A DNA stretch of 54,782 nucleotides from Octopus bimaculoides (Eukaryota). The notes beneath the pieces are model-generated. The model was not told where the DNA came from. It saw only the letters and a list, made by a program, of their open reading frames with translations, and did no database searches. The translations under genes were made by a program, and so were the position numbers. Position 1 is the stretch's first letter. Every line of letters starts with the position of its first letter. Positions 13,106-27,333 of this stretch are shown in pieces. The stretch lies in contig NC_068996.1 of NCBI RefSeq assembly GCF_001194135.2, positions 23,903,867 through 23,958,648 of the forward strand, written 5' to 3'.

Positions 13106-14134
13106 AATAGTGAATAAATGTACAGAAAATAAGTAGCAGTCAATCGGTTTGATGAGTTGAGACAAGATAAGGAGGGGAGTGGGTCAACTTATGAATTAGG
13201 AGGACTGAGCTTGGTGTCGCTTACATTTTTAGAGGAATAACTTAGATGCCTTTAGAAGAGCTTGTTGCTATTTTAGCACCAGGTCAGCTGTGAATGATGA
13301 ACAAAAGGTGTTCCAGCCATGAAAGAAATATATTTTTCTTTTGGCATCATCCACCTAGGACTATAGTGTCTATCCAACATAGCCCTTCTTTTCTAAGAAG
13401 AGTGGTCAAATTAGGATCAAGGGAAGCATGTTGTTTTCCTTGCATGTATGAAACACACACACATAAATACACACTTTGTGTGTGTATATATATATTTCTC
13501 TTTTCTTTTCTCTTTCTTTTTATGTTCCTCTCTCTCTCCTTTCCATCTCTTCAATGAATTGGTTCTGTGTAGTTAAATTAATTAAAAGGTTCCCTTAAAC
13601 AGCTACAACAATAACAGTCTTGGAGTAAAAGAGGTCAAGTTGTTCTTTAGATCTTGATCACTGCGTTTTGTTTTCCTTTCCAATATGCCAAGGAAACCAG
13701 AATCAAATGAATCAACATGGTCTTTTCTAAAACAGAGGAGATAGTGTAATCTAAAGGAAATTTGACTGTTATTTCTAGCAGACCATGCAGCACAAGTGGT
13801 CAGGTGATTAGTAAATCCAGTATTAGCAAGAAGAAATTGTAACAGATGCTTGCACTGAATAAGTACACTCAATACTCAGACTGAATAAGTATTTAAGATA
13901 CCCAGGGTATAAATTTAAGACTACAATGAAAAGCAAGCAACAGGTAGACAAACAATTTAGCAACATTGCCAAGCATAATTTATAATAGTATACAGGTGTC
14001 TGAAATCTCCCAATTAATGTAATTAATTATGCAATTGATTGCAGCAACAATATTTTGGAAAAAATATAAATTCTTTTCTAACAATATACTGAATGTGAAA
14101 GAGGTGAAAAGTTGGTAATTGCTCCACATGTTTT

Positions 14135-14478
14135 ATCATTTACTTGTTCTAGTCATTAGAATGTGGCCATGCTGGAATATCAACCTTGAAGAGTTAAGTC
14201 GACCCCCATCCCTCCACTGGACTTATTTTCATGTCCAGATTTATTCTATCAGTGTCCTTGGTCAAACCACTAAGTTAGGTGGATGTAAACAAAACTCAAC
14301 ACTAGTTGTCAAGTGGTGGGGACTAATCCCTGCCTACCAAACTTACTCACAAGGCAGGGGTCAGCCTGTGGGCTATATATATATAGTAAGAGACACTTGC
14401 TCAAGGTGCTGCACAGTAGGACTGAACCTGAAATTATGTGATTGCTAAACGAGCTTCTTAACCACATAACCATACCTA
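14135..14478 (-). mobile_element. Family B SINE
   Basis: tttacttgttct...agacacttgctcaagg...gagcttcttaaccacataacc. Confidence 0.75.
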
Positions 14479-15065
14479 TGCCTAAAGCTAAGTCAGGAGA
14501 GGAGACAGTGTCCATAATCTATTATGGGGCCTCAAAAATTGCTAGGAGACATGGTCAGAATGCTTGCAACAACAGAGTGGACTCTACCAAAGACTTTCAC
14601 AGTGTCATTAAACTGGACAATGAATTAAGTCTATACCACTTAAGTAGGCCCACTGTGGGATTTGAATTCAGAACAGAAAGTGCTGGAAACAGGTTACAAC
14701 ACTACTGGTCTGATGTTCTTACAGTTCTGTCAATCCATAGCAGAACCTCTATTTTATTGATTCTCAGGGGGTTTTGAACTCAGAGTACCAATAGCATGGA
14801 GGTGTGCATATGTTTATATATAAACTGAATGAAAACTGGGAAGTGTAATGCATGACAACAAAACAAAACTACGAAGAGACACACACACATACACAATATA
14901 TTTTATACACACATATATTACATATTTCACACACACACTGTATCAACTGATTAATTACAACTGTTCTAAGGGGACCAGATGAGCATTAAACCCATATTGA
15001 AAATGTTTGTGACAAAAGAGAAGAAATGACTGAAGAAAGGAATTGGATATTTATGTAAAACAGTT

Positions 15066-15096
<31 letters not shown>

Positions 15097-15122
15097 TTTT
15101 GAACTGTCTCTAGATTGAATAA

Positions 15123-15343
15123 CCCTTTAGCATTCTGATTATTCTGTTAAATGTAATGCTTATTTATTCACATTGTTTTCAATTAATCATGCATTATCTG
15201 ATAGCTTTGAGATTTTGATGATGTGATTGTTTAAATTTAGAATGACATTGTAGGGAACATGTGAGAGGTCGATCTGACCAGTTTGAACATTAAACAAGGT
15301 AGAATATTTGGACCACATATGGTTGGTTTAAATGCGAAAAAGG
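15123..15343. mobile_element. MITE with degenerate CCCTTTAGCATT TIRs (piggyBac-like); related copies at 48317-48531 and 30020-30120 in the opposite orientation
   Basis: The internal sequence is the reverse complement of 48317-48531, which ends aatgctgaaggg-TTAA. Confidence 0.7.
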
Positions 15344-16194
15344 ATAGAAACATTAAATTGATCAAAAAGAGTTACAATAAACCAGTAAGAGAAAGTGGTG
15401 TGTGTGGGTGTGAGAGAGAGAGAGAAAGAGAGAGATTAATATGAACTGTTTCAGCCTATCATTAACATTTATCATTTCATGCTATATTTGGTCAAGTGTG
15501 TGTGTGTGTGTGTGCATCTTTGCCTGTGTCAGTGTTTAAATGTGTATTTTTTGTGTTAAAATGTGTGCCTTGAAATTTTTCTTTTTAAATCATACACACT
15601 GAAGAATGAAATTGTCACAGAAACATTTAGGACCAAAGAATTTCTAATAAACAGCACCCACCTCCTCCCTGATTTACGTTGTTGTTAATTAATGATGGTG
15701 GTGGTGGTGGGGGTAACAACACTGATTGTTTACAGAATGCTGAAGTAAAATAATGATTAGGCAAAAATAATTAGAATTCTTTAGCAATCAATTTTCAGCA
15801 GAGAAATTGGCTGATTATCTCAAGAGATTCTGTTGTTAGTTTTTGCTTTTAAAGTTCTTCACAAAAACGAGACACAGCTCAAACTAAAACTTTTCTGTTC
15901 AAATTATTTGGCACAGAAATTTAAGCTTTAAGCATAAAAAAAAAAAAAAAGCTGTAGCAGACTATCATGCTTGCAGTTATAATGTGATTGTAGGTCACCT
16001 TTAAACGTTGGAATCGGTGAGGATGTGAAATAACAGACATAGACGGCACCAGATAACTGGTGGAGATTAAATCTATAAGGTCTCTTCACCATACCAGTGG
16101 AATAATTATTTTAACAATGTGAAAAATTAAAATTGCTATACTCTTTTTTTTTTTTGTAACTGTAGCAATTATACAAATATTTCATTAAAATGTG

Positions 16195-16440
16195 TCTGTA
16201 AATTAACAATAAGCAGTGAACAAAGGATAAATGAACATTATATGTAAATTTGTAATTAGCAATTAGTAGTTAACAAAAAGAAGCATGAACTGATTGGAAC
16301 ATGAGTTAACTGACAGGCATAAACAATAAGTGAACAGAAGGATGTAAATTAACAATGAACAGAAGTGATCAGATGGATGTAAATTAGCAATGAACAGCAG
16401 TGAACAGATGTTATGCAATTTAATAGTAGACAGCAGTAAA
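16195..16440. repeat. Degenerate 35-bp minisatellite
   Basis: GATGTAAATTAACAATGAACAGAAGTGATCAGATG at 16341 and 16376, with weaker copies either side. Confidence 0.75.
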
Positions 16441-16486
16441 TATAAAGCTGTGTAAACAGCTAAACACACATTTCATAATATGTTAA

Positions 16487-16762
16487 CCCTTTTGTTACCA
16501 TATTTCTACTGAAATTAACTGCTTTTGTTTCAATTAATATTGAAAATAGTGAAGAATTTAAATTTAGTAAAATAACTTTGTAGTGCACCTGAGCACTGTA
16601 TGCAATAAATTCGTTATTATAACTTTGTCATTATTAAGCTGGTGTTCGGAACATAAATTAACATGAAATTTTGATGGAAGGTTTTTAAGATAGATCACTT
16701 TAAAATGAGAAGTTTGTATCATAGAATCAGATGTGGTTGCAGGCAGGTTGGTATCAAAAGGG
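16487..16762. mobile_element. piggyBac-type MITE with TTAA TSDs
   Basis: TTAA at 16483-16486 and 16763-16766; 13-bp TIR CCCTTTTGTTACC / CCCTTTTGATACC. Homologous to 30125-30344. Confidence 0.88.
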
Positions 16763-17489
16763 TTAAATTAGATGAAAATATAAATTAACACAGTCTTTTT
16801 AAAAAAATAGTTATGGCATTATTTTTCACAGGCATTAACATTATTTTTGGAGACATTAAAATGAAAACAGTAAACAGCACAAGTTAAACAAACTATAATA
16901 GACAAGATGGTCACACTGCATGCATGAAAAATATCACACCAAGAAACTGACTGGTTTCTTCAGAATAGCCAAATATTGGTAAAACTAAACAATGGAAGTA
17001 CATTTTTTTTTTAATGAGAGAATAAATGATAACCAGCAGACTAAACATTTCAATGATGAATCCAAATCAAAGAGTTATTTTGGTTATTTAAATTCCTTGA
17101 TTTACAAAAGTTAAGAAAAAAAAAAATTGTTATTTAAAATATAGTAATTTTTTTTTTTATGTATGTCTGAAAGTATATTTCATGTACTTAGGCGTACGCG
17201 TGTGAGTGTACATTTGTGTGTGTAAATGTGTAATTGTGAGCCAAATGTAAGATTACACTCAACTTCAGCTAGTCTGCCCAAAGGTTACAAGGCCTCAGAT
17301 TTTAAAAGAAATGGTAAAACAAGATTGCAAAAATGTTCTTGCCCTTCACAAGGTCCATCAATGATGGTTGAAATGAAGTGGATGTAAATTCAACTTGTTA
17401 TCAAAACCACATAGTTAACTCAGCTCACTAGAAGATAATGATAACAGTATGGGATAGTCACAGAATGGCCAAATAAGAATAATAATAAA

Positions 17490-18430
17490 ATGGTTTCTGG
17501 TTTAGGCTCAAGTCCAGCAATTTTGAAGGGAGGAGCTAACTAGTTGATACTGTCAACCCAAGTACTTGAGTGGTACTTTATCTACCTTGAAAAGATGAAA
17601 AGTAAAGTCAACTTTGGTGGGATTAGAATTCAAGATGTAAAGAATTGGAATAAACACCACAAAGCATTTTATCTAACGCTCTACCAATTCTGCCAGCCCA
17701 CTTTCCTTAATGGTAGTTTTGATTTTGGCACAAGGCCAGCAATTTTGAGAGATGAGGATTAGTTGATTACACAGACCTTAGTATTTGACTGGTCCTTTAT
17801 TTCACTGACTCTGGAGGGATGAAAGGCAAAGCTGACCTCAGAACATAACCAAATATTGCAAGACGTTTTGTCCACTGTCCTTGTTTCTAACAGGCACAAG
17901 ACCAAAAATTGGGAGAAGAGGATTAGATGATATCATCAGCTGCCAGTACTTGACTGGTGCTAGGTTTTATTAAGCCTGAAAGGATGAAAGGCAAAGTTGA
18001 CCTTGGATGGATTTGACTTGAGAACATAACACAATAATAGTAATAATTTTTACCCAGGGGCACAACAACATAAATTTGGAAGAGAGGAGTGAGCTAATTA
18101 CATCAACTCCAGTACTTAACTGATAATTTGTTTTATTGATTCCATAATGAGGAAAAGCTGATCTCTGCAGGGTTTGAACTTAGTATGTAAAGAACCCAAA
18201 CAAATACAATAATGCATTTTGTTCAATGCTTGACCGATTTTGATAGATGTCTAATATAGGCATAAGGGAAATAGAAGTGGACATAGACAATTATAATACC
18301 CATCTTTCATACTTTGCTAGTACTTATATAATCATTTGCAGGGGAAGAATGAAAGGAAAAGCAGACAGTGGGGTACACTAGAGAAGAGGGAGGGAGTTGA
18401 ACTCAGGACATAAATATTTTATTTGATGTT
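17490..18430 (-). mobile_element. Head-to-tail array of five family A SINEs
   Basis: Modules start at about 17490, 17710, 17880, 18045 and 18255, each with ggcacaag/ggcataagg, gatgaaa and usually tttgaact. Confidence 0.8.
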
Positions 18431-18699
18431 TTATCAAATATTAAATACATTTAGTGTTGCTCAAAATCACAAGTTTTTTGAGATGAGGTCAGGATGGGAG
18501 GAGGAATTATGATTTTGTTTGAAATTACTTCCAGTGTTGCACATGTAAAATATTTTATAAAGTGGCTGTCCAAAGGGGAATATTTTATTTCTCTCTCACA
18601 AACGATTCAAGAAACAAAGAATTTTGCTTGTTGCTAACACACATACCATAATGTATAAAGAAAAGAATGGAGTACTCAGAGTAAGCCATAGAAGTTTAT

Positions 18700-18701
18700 A
18701 C

Positions 18702-18760
<59 letters not shown>

Positions 18761-18803
18761 TACATATATATATTTATATACATACATACATACATTCATA
18801 TAC

Positions 18804-18836
<33 letters not shown>

Positions 18837-18940
18837 CACACATATTTATATACACGTATATATATACACATACATATATACACATATATATGTACACACA
18901 CATACATGTACATATGCATATATATATATATATATATATT
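18700..18940. repeat. (TA)n/(TACA)n compound microsatellite; similar tracts at 7400-7760, 20820-21285, 23510-23560, 26005-26190 and 44995-45050
   Basis: Directly visible. Confidence 0.97.
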
Positions 18941-20089
18941 AAAAACCAGTTCAACATTAAATTGAAGGATCACTCAATATCTTTCAACAGTAGAGTATCA
19001 TATTAGTTTCTTTTTACTGACATTATTTTTAAAAGGAGTTTTGATAGTTATTTTGAAGTTTCAGTGTAGTAGGAGGCTAGTATGCTGAAAGTTTTGTCAA
19101 CCTTTCTCCTTGTAAAAATAACATGCATGTAGTTTTATTTTACAGATATATTTTAGCAAAGAAACTCCACTTCTACTAATTTGTTATTAGTGAAAGTACA
19201 GTTTCTTTGTTGAAACATTAAATCTGTGAAATAAGACTATTTGTTCTACATTTAAATTTAACTCATACAGAGTTATATAACTGTAGAGTAGATTATGTCT
19301 TTCAATTTCTGGCCCCCTTGATCTTTTCTTCTGCATGTATGTGCATATATATCTATCTACACATATGTGTTATTTGTTTTTATGTTTTTCCATGTTAGCA
19401 TGGGTTAGATGAATAAATTATTGGGGAATTACTTTTATAACTGGATGCCCTTTCTGACATGAATCATTACATGTTTTTCAAACAAGGGATCATTTATTCC
19501 ATACTGATTCCAACTATATACATATACATTCACACACATTTATATGTGCATGTGTGTATGGGTGTTTTTTCTTTCGTTTTTTTTTTTTTTTAGTTTCAAT
19601 TATATGCACTCAAGGTTTTAGCTGGTCTTGACTGTAGCAGAAAACATTAGACAAAGGTGTTGCACAGTGGGAATGAATCTAAAATCTATGTGATTGGAAA
19701 GCAAACTTCTTCACTGTACACCTTGCCAGCAGCTACGTGTGTGTGTAAATATATATATATTCTTGGTAAACTATGAAAGAACTTTCATCTTTAAAAACAC
19801 CTCAAAAAACAAAAGGACTAATATTAAAGAAAGAAAGGAAGAAAGAAGAGAAAACAAAGATTTATACAATTGCCTACTACTACTACGATGACAACGACGA
19901 TGATGAAATGAAGCATCATAAGGGTAAAAAAGAACAATAATCAACTCTGATACTAGCAGAGAGCAACAATAATATTAGATACTAATAGAAACTAAAAAGA
20001 TACAAATATACAGACTGCAGAAAGAATGAAAAGCAATGTATGTACTTAACTCTATGAAATGCTAACCAAAGTGTATGGTCACAGATTTC

Positions 20090-20134
<45 letters not shown>

Positions 20135-20189
20135 GTGTGTGTGTATATTTATATATATATGAAACCATATTTTAGCGTATAATATAATC

Positions 20190-20220
<31 letters not shown>

Positions 20221-20224
20221 AGTC

Positions 20225-20263
<39 letters not shown>

Positions 20264-21014
20264 GTATGTATAACTTAAATTTTCTAATTTATTAAAATTC
20301 TGGCTGCATTTGTGCAATTTCTTTTCTTATATGATTTATACATGGAGAGACCAGTTTCCACGAACCATTGTAGATGGCCAGCAGGCATTGTCCATTATAA
20401 AAATGGTAGTAATTTTGCTTCTCATTCTTTCTACAGATTCCCCTGACAAAGCAAGACTATCCTAACTGAATACTTGCAAAGTTTATAACTGAAATTACAG
20501 GCACACATATACATATATATATATGGTTGTGGTGGATCTCCCTTACTCAACAATGAAGCTTCAACTGTCTGATCAACTCAATAACATCCTCCCAATTTAA
20601 TGTGAAAATGGGACTGAACATTCCAGGAACATCTACCTTTAACATAATTCTGAAGCAGAATGAGTGGGACATAGTGTGTGACTAGGCTGTGACCATTTGA
20701 GTTACAGGTACATTCCACCAGACAGGTATCTATACAGTTCCTATCTATCCAATATAATAGAAAATCACATTCATTGGGATTGAACATCTTAACCATTCAT
20801 ACATACAGTGCCTACTAAATGGGTTGGTGTGTGTGTGTGTGTGTGTGTGTGTATGTATATATATATATATGCACACATACACACACACACACATGTTGGG
20901 AATGGCAAATTCTCAACAGAGTTGGTAAAGTTACAAATGCAATTCTGTGTGCATGCGCCTGATATGTGAAGAGAAAGGCAGTTTGAAAGATTGATATTAG
21001 CACCGGGATATCAG

Positions 21015-21055
<41 letters not shown>

Positions 21056-21193
21056 ACATATATACACCCACATATATATAATATATAATTACATATAATA
21101 TATATACATATATATATAAACACATATATATATGGATACACACACACACACATATATATATACTTACATATATACATAGATATATATACATAG

Positions 21194-21286
<93 letters not shown>

Positions 21287-21339
21287 CATTTGTGTATGTA
21301 TTTATGTTTGTACCTATGCCCAGAATGTTGAAAGTAAAT

Positions 21340-22545
21340 CCTCAGCAGGTTTTGAACTTAGAATGTAAAGTTCCACAAGAAATACAAGGTATTTTGTCCA
21401 ATGCTTTAACAAATCTGCCAATCCATGGCCTTTATAATAATAACAACGATGACAAAGACTCAGAATTTTACAATAAGGAAGGTTTGTTGTAAATGACATG
21501 TTTACAATTGAGAATTAATAACTGTGTTCATCCCATCATTGCATGTGCTGATGACAGTAATAATGATGATGACAATGACTTCTATTACATGTACAGAGCC
21601 ACCACAAAATCTGGAAAGGCATATATTTGATTACTTTGAGCTCAGTATATAACTGGTACATACTCTATTGAAGGACAAAGAGAAAAGTTGACTTTAGTGC
21701 AATTTGAACTCCGATTGTAACAGATTCTAATTAAATACCACAAAGAATTTCACCTGATCTTCTACAAATCCTGTCATCAGTTACGCTGACAATAATCATA
21801 ATTATTTTTAAAATAGGCACAAGGCCAGAAATATGAATGGTACTTTGTTTTATCGACTCTGTAAGGATGAAAGAAAAAGATGACCTGGGAGGGATTTGAA
21901 TTTAATACGTAAAACATCAGAACAAATACCAAAAGACATTCGTGAATATACTGTAAAATTTAATAATAATTGAAAATAAGTTTTTCTCTTTCCTTGTCTG
22001 CTGTAATTAAAACAGTTTTCTCTTTAGTATATGAAATGGTCTATTTTCTTGCATTAATCAAAGATAGATTTAAAAACATTATTTAAATTACCATCTTTCA
22101 AATACTTTCATTACCTATCATCATCATTATTTTTTTAAAAATATAATTACATATTTAGAAAAATTCTTATATGAAAAATAAACCCCAATCCTCCAGTCAA
22201 TTCTAGCTTTTGATCACAAATTATAAATCAGGTGAAAATAATGGACAATTTTTAGCAACGAGTGGTCTTAATATGACATCCATTTTTTTTCTTGTGAATG
22301 TGAGTGTGTGTGTGTGTTTTGACTAGGTACAAAGCCAAATTTTATTGGGGTAAATGTAAAGTTGGTTTGATTGACCTCAGCATACAGTTAGTTTTTATTG
22401 TATTGAATCTCCTCAGAAAGATGAAACAATAGCTTGACCCATATGTGATTATTTAAACTCTGAATGAAGAGAGATGAAATGAAATGAATGAGAAATGGTA
22501 AAACATTTAGTCTGGTTCTTAATGTTTTCTGCCAATTTTACTGCC
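21340..22545 (-). mobile_element. Four decayed family A SINE copies
   Basis: B-box complements tttgaact, atttgaactcc, gatttgaat and atttaaactc at about 21352, 21702, 21894 and 22451. Confidence 0.7.
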
Positions 22546-23744
22546 CTAATTTCAATTTGATTTTATGAAGATTTTTTTTTTTTTTTCAATTAAAAAAAAA
22601 AATTGTGTTTCCTGGCAACTATCACCAAATTATTAAATTGGTTCCTTACACCATATAGAAATTCTTTGGTTTAAATTTTGCTTTTTAAAAAAAAATTCTT
22701 AAAAATTGTAAGGATTAACTGATGATAGCAAGCATATGAGTATGAAAAGATTTTGTAAAAATATGAAGCAGGTGAGTCTGATGAAAGACAAAATAAGCTA
22801 GGCAGAGATGGAATATAGAACAAAGAACATAGAAATTCAAAGCCCAATATGAGCAATGTAAGGTTAGTTTTACTGACCATTCTTTTTTAATGTTGACATA
22901 TGGTTCCTCAGCATTTATGTCTAACAGATACTGATCAAGGAGATGCAAAAGAAAAGCAATTAAGTCATATGGCAAGAGATACTTGGTTTTAAAAAAATAG
23001 GAATTAAAAAGAGTTTTCTTTAAGAAACATACATTATTAAAAATCTATTTTGAAAATTTTGAATATATTAGAAATTTTGTTTAAGAAAATACCCCAAATC
23101 CTCCTATATAATAGATCTCTGGAATGTAATATCTATGTGGGATTTCAGTTCCATCTTCCACAGGACTGTGATAAGTTAACTAAAATTCTCCAATGTGAAT
23201 AAGCTTTTTTTTTTGCTTAAAATCTTCCATATTTTATTAGAGGTCATATAAGGTTTGTACATTTTTTATTCTCATTTGTTAATTGATAAACAAAAGGCAA
23301 TTTTAATGCTCTGTAATCAATGCCTTGCTAATATAAAAGCGAGGATCCAATAGTGATAGAGTATCCATTTTTTTTTATTGATTTCAAATGAATATATATA
23401 TAATTTATGTCATCGTTTGACTTCTTTTTTTATCCAAACGATTTTTTTAACTCAAGATTTACATGCATTACTTATAGCATTATCAACTTCAAGCTCAACT
23501 GTTAAAGAATGAATTTTATATATATATATATATATGATATATATATATATATATATACACACATACATATATCTACACAAAAATATTCCACATGCAAATA
23601 TGTAAATACACATATACAAAATGGTGGAATTTCGTGTACAGATTTCTAGCTATATTACCTATTTATTACAGAATTCTTTGTACTAAACACAAGGCAAACT
23701 TTTGATAAAAGACACTTTGCCAATAGAACCGGCACAAACACACA

Positions 23745-23803
<59 letters not shown>

Positions 23804-24354
23804 NNNNNNNNNNNNNNNNNNNNNNNNNNNNNNNNNNNNNNNNNNNNNNNNNNNNNNNNNNNNNNNNNNNNNNNNNNNNNNNNNNNNNNNNNNNNNNNNN
23901 NNNNNNNNNNNNNNNNNNNNNNNNNNNNNNNNNNNNNNNNNNNNNNNNNNNNNNNNNNNNNNNNNNNNNNNNNNNNNNNNNNNNNNNNNNNNNNNNNNNN
24001 NNNNNNNNNNNNNNNNNNNNNNNNNNNNNNNNNNNNNNNNNNNNNNNNNNNNNNNNNNNNNNNNNNNNNNNNNNNNNNNNNNNNNNNNNNNNNNNNNNNN
24101 NNNNNNNNNNNNNNNNNNNNNNNNNNNNNNNGAGAATAAGGAAGCTAAAACAAAACAAATCTCAATATTCAAAAGACAACAAACTGCTGGTTCTTTTTTA
24201 CATTTTAACAAAGAATATTTAGTAAAATTCTACAAAATACTGAGGAAGGGGATATTAAGTCAACAGCAGAATATATATAAATATATATATAAAAAAAAAA
24301 AAGAAAAAGAGGAAACTGGCAATTCTATTGGGGAAATTAATTGCAATATTGCTT

Positions 24355-24972
24355 TCTAATTTTGGTACAAGGCCAGCAATTTCGGGGGAGGGAGTAAGTT
24401 GATTACATCGACTGCAGTATTCAACTGGTACTTATTTTCTTGATCCTGAAAGGATGAAAGCAAAGTCGACCCTGTTAGAATTTGAACTCAGAACATAAAG
24501 ACAGACAAAACGCCACTAAGCATTTTGCCCAGCATGCTAATAGTTCTGCCAGCTCACTGCCTTTAAAAACATTCATAACATTAACAACCAAATTTACTCA
24601 ATATCCTCTTTTATCTGTTAACTTAAACTATTCATATTTTCATATTAGTCTTCTCTTTGTAAGTTCTTATTTCTTGTTTCAAGTTTTTCATAACATTTAT
24701 TAGTATACCATTAGTAACAATCACTAAGATGATGTAATAATAATAATAATAATCCTTTCTACTATAGGCACAAGGCCTGAAACTTTTGAGGTCGGGGGTG
24801 GGTAGTTGATTACATTGACCCCAGCACTTAACTGGTACTTATTTCATCGGCCCCGAAAGGATGAAAAGCAAAGTCGACCTCAGTGGAATTTGAACCCAGA
24901 ACATAGTGACAGGCGAAAAACTGCTGAGCATTTCACCTGGCATGCTAATGATTCTGCCAGTTCATTGCCTTA
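24355..24972 (-). mobile_element. Two well-preserved family A SINEs
   Basis: ggtacaaggccagc...atttgaactcagaac...cagctcactgcc (24355-24563) and ggcacaaggcctga...atttgaacccagaac (24755-24972). Confidence 0.88.
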
Positions 24973-25516
24973 CTACTACTAATTATTATTTCATTTACCT
25001 TCACAAGGATGCCAGATGAAGATGTCATGCTAAAGATAAGCATACTAATGGGGGAGAAAAAAAAAAAAAGAAATAAATATTAACTTTGAAAATTACTATT
25101 AAATTTTTGCCATCATAAATATTTTTGTAATTTCAATTATTGCTTAATAACAAATATGATTTGTTTTAGTAATATTAAACATCATCATAATCATCATCAT
25201 CATTATTATTAATACTTATTAGGTTAAATACTTAAATATATTTTAATGTTACTAATGCTGTTGCTACTGCTGCTACTAATAATAATAACAATAATCCCAC
25301 TGCCTTCACTTATGAGTAGCCTTCCTTATTGCTATCATTAACTTCATAATCGTAATTAGTACTATTACTATTTTAATTATTATTACTGCTACTACTTCTA
25401 TGATTATTATCATATTATTAGTAATGAAAGGAAGTATATTTATTGAATATAAATAATGAATGTTTGAAAATACAGAAAACACCATAAAAATGAAAACAAA
25501 AACAAGAGCATAGACA

Positions 25517-25550
<34 letters not shown>

Positions 25551-26004
25551 NNNNNNNNNNNNNNNNNNNNNNNNNNNNNNNNNNNNNNNNNNNNNNNNNN
25601 NNNNNNNNNNNNNNNNNNNNNNNNNNNNNNNNNNNNNNNNNNNNNNNNNNNNNNNNNNNNNNNNNNNNNNNNNNNNNNNNNNNNNNNNNNNNNNNNNNNN
25701 NNNNNNNNNNNNNNNNNNNNNNNNNNNNNNNNNNNNNNNNNNNNNNNNNNNNNNNNNNNNNNNNNNNNNNNNNNNNNNNNNNNNNNNNNNNNNNNNNNNN
25801 NNNNNNNNNNNNNNNNNNNNNNNNNNNNNNNNNNNNNNNNNNNNNNNNNNNNNNNNNNNNNNNNNNNNNNNNNNNNNNNNNNNNNNNNNNNNNNNNNNNN
25901 NNNNNNNNNNNNNNNNNNNNNNNNNNNNNNNNNNNNNNNNNNNNNNNNNNNNNNNNNNNNNNNNNNNNNNNNNNNNNNNNNNNNNNNNNNNNNNNNNNNN
26001 NNNN

Positions 26005-26049
<45 letters not shown>

Positions 26050-27104
26050 TTTAAATACAAATATTTATACATATATCTGTGTGTGTGTGTATATATATAT
26101 GCATGTGTATGAATGCATATATATATATATATATATATATATAAATGTATGTATATATGCACACACACACAAAAATGTATAAATATATGTAAAACACATA
26201 TTGTCACCATCATCAGGGCAATAAAAATAGAGGATGATGGTCTTTCAGATCAGGAGTTACTGGTATGTATGTATGTATGTATGCAGGTAGCATAGCATCC
26301 CTATCTTGGTGGCACAGAGTGAGAAAGAGTTTGTGTGTATGCGTTGAGAAGAGAGAGAAAGAGAAGAGAGAGACGTACACACTATATATATATATATATA
26401 TATATAAATGTAACTTGAAAAAAAAATAAAAAATAAAAAATAAAAGGAAATCTATTTCACAGTGGATATTCAAGAAATGCTTGGTTTAGTGACAGACCAA
26501 TGTAAGTAACTTAGAACCCTTTCAATAACAATAACAACAACAATAATAATAATAGTAATAATAAAAATAAAAATATTGACAATAAAATTATAAAGTACAT
26601 TAGTATTATTCATAAAATGATTGTAGTAAAAAAAAATACAAGTAATAATATATCAATTATAGAAATAGCAGATTAAATAATAATGATAATGATAATAATA
26701 GTATTATTAATAATAATAATAATAATAAATGAAGAAAAATTCATGAACATTTCATTTCTAATGACAAATCATTTTATAGACAAATATTTAAAAACAAAAA
26801 TAATTTGCCTAAATTTTCTCCAGGACCGGAGATATTTCAATGAAGATTCATAAGGCATTGCCTCCTTATCAGAAACATCATGCTTTTTTTTTTACACAAT
26901 TTAAGCAATCTGAGGCAGGGTGGGGGATCGGGGTGGGTCCAAATCTTAGAGGGGTATGGGGAATACACATACATACAAATATGGCTGCCCTATGGATTCC
27001 AGAATTCTTCAATAGAATAAAATGATTTTTTCTTTCTTTCGTTCTTTCTTTCTTTCTTTCGTCCTTTCTGCCATTACATTTTCAACTACTCTTTAAAATA
27101 AAAT

Positions 27105-27145
<41 letters not shown>

Positions 27146-27333
27146 NNNNNNNNNNNNNNNNNNNNNNNNNNNNNNNNNNNNNNNNNNNNNNNNNNNNNNN
27201 NNNNNNNNNNNNNNNNNNNNNNNNNNNNNNNNNNNNNNNNNNNNNNNNNNNNNNNNNNNNNNNNNNNNNNNNNNNNNNNNNNNNNNNNNNNNNNNNNNNN
27301 NNAAAAAAAAAAAAAAAAAAAACAAACAAAATT

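Noticed and set aside
17490-18430. CRISPR-like repeat/spacer array
   Set aside because: Eukaryotic DNA; units are ~200-bp diverged SINEs with no constant short repeat and no cas genes.
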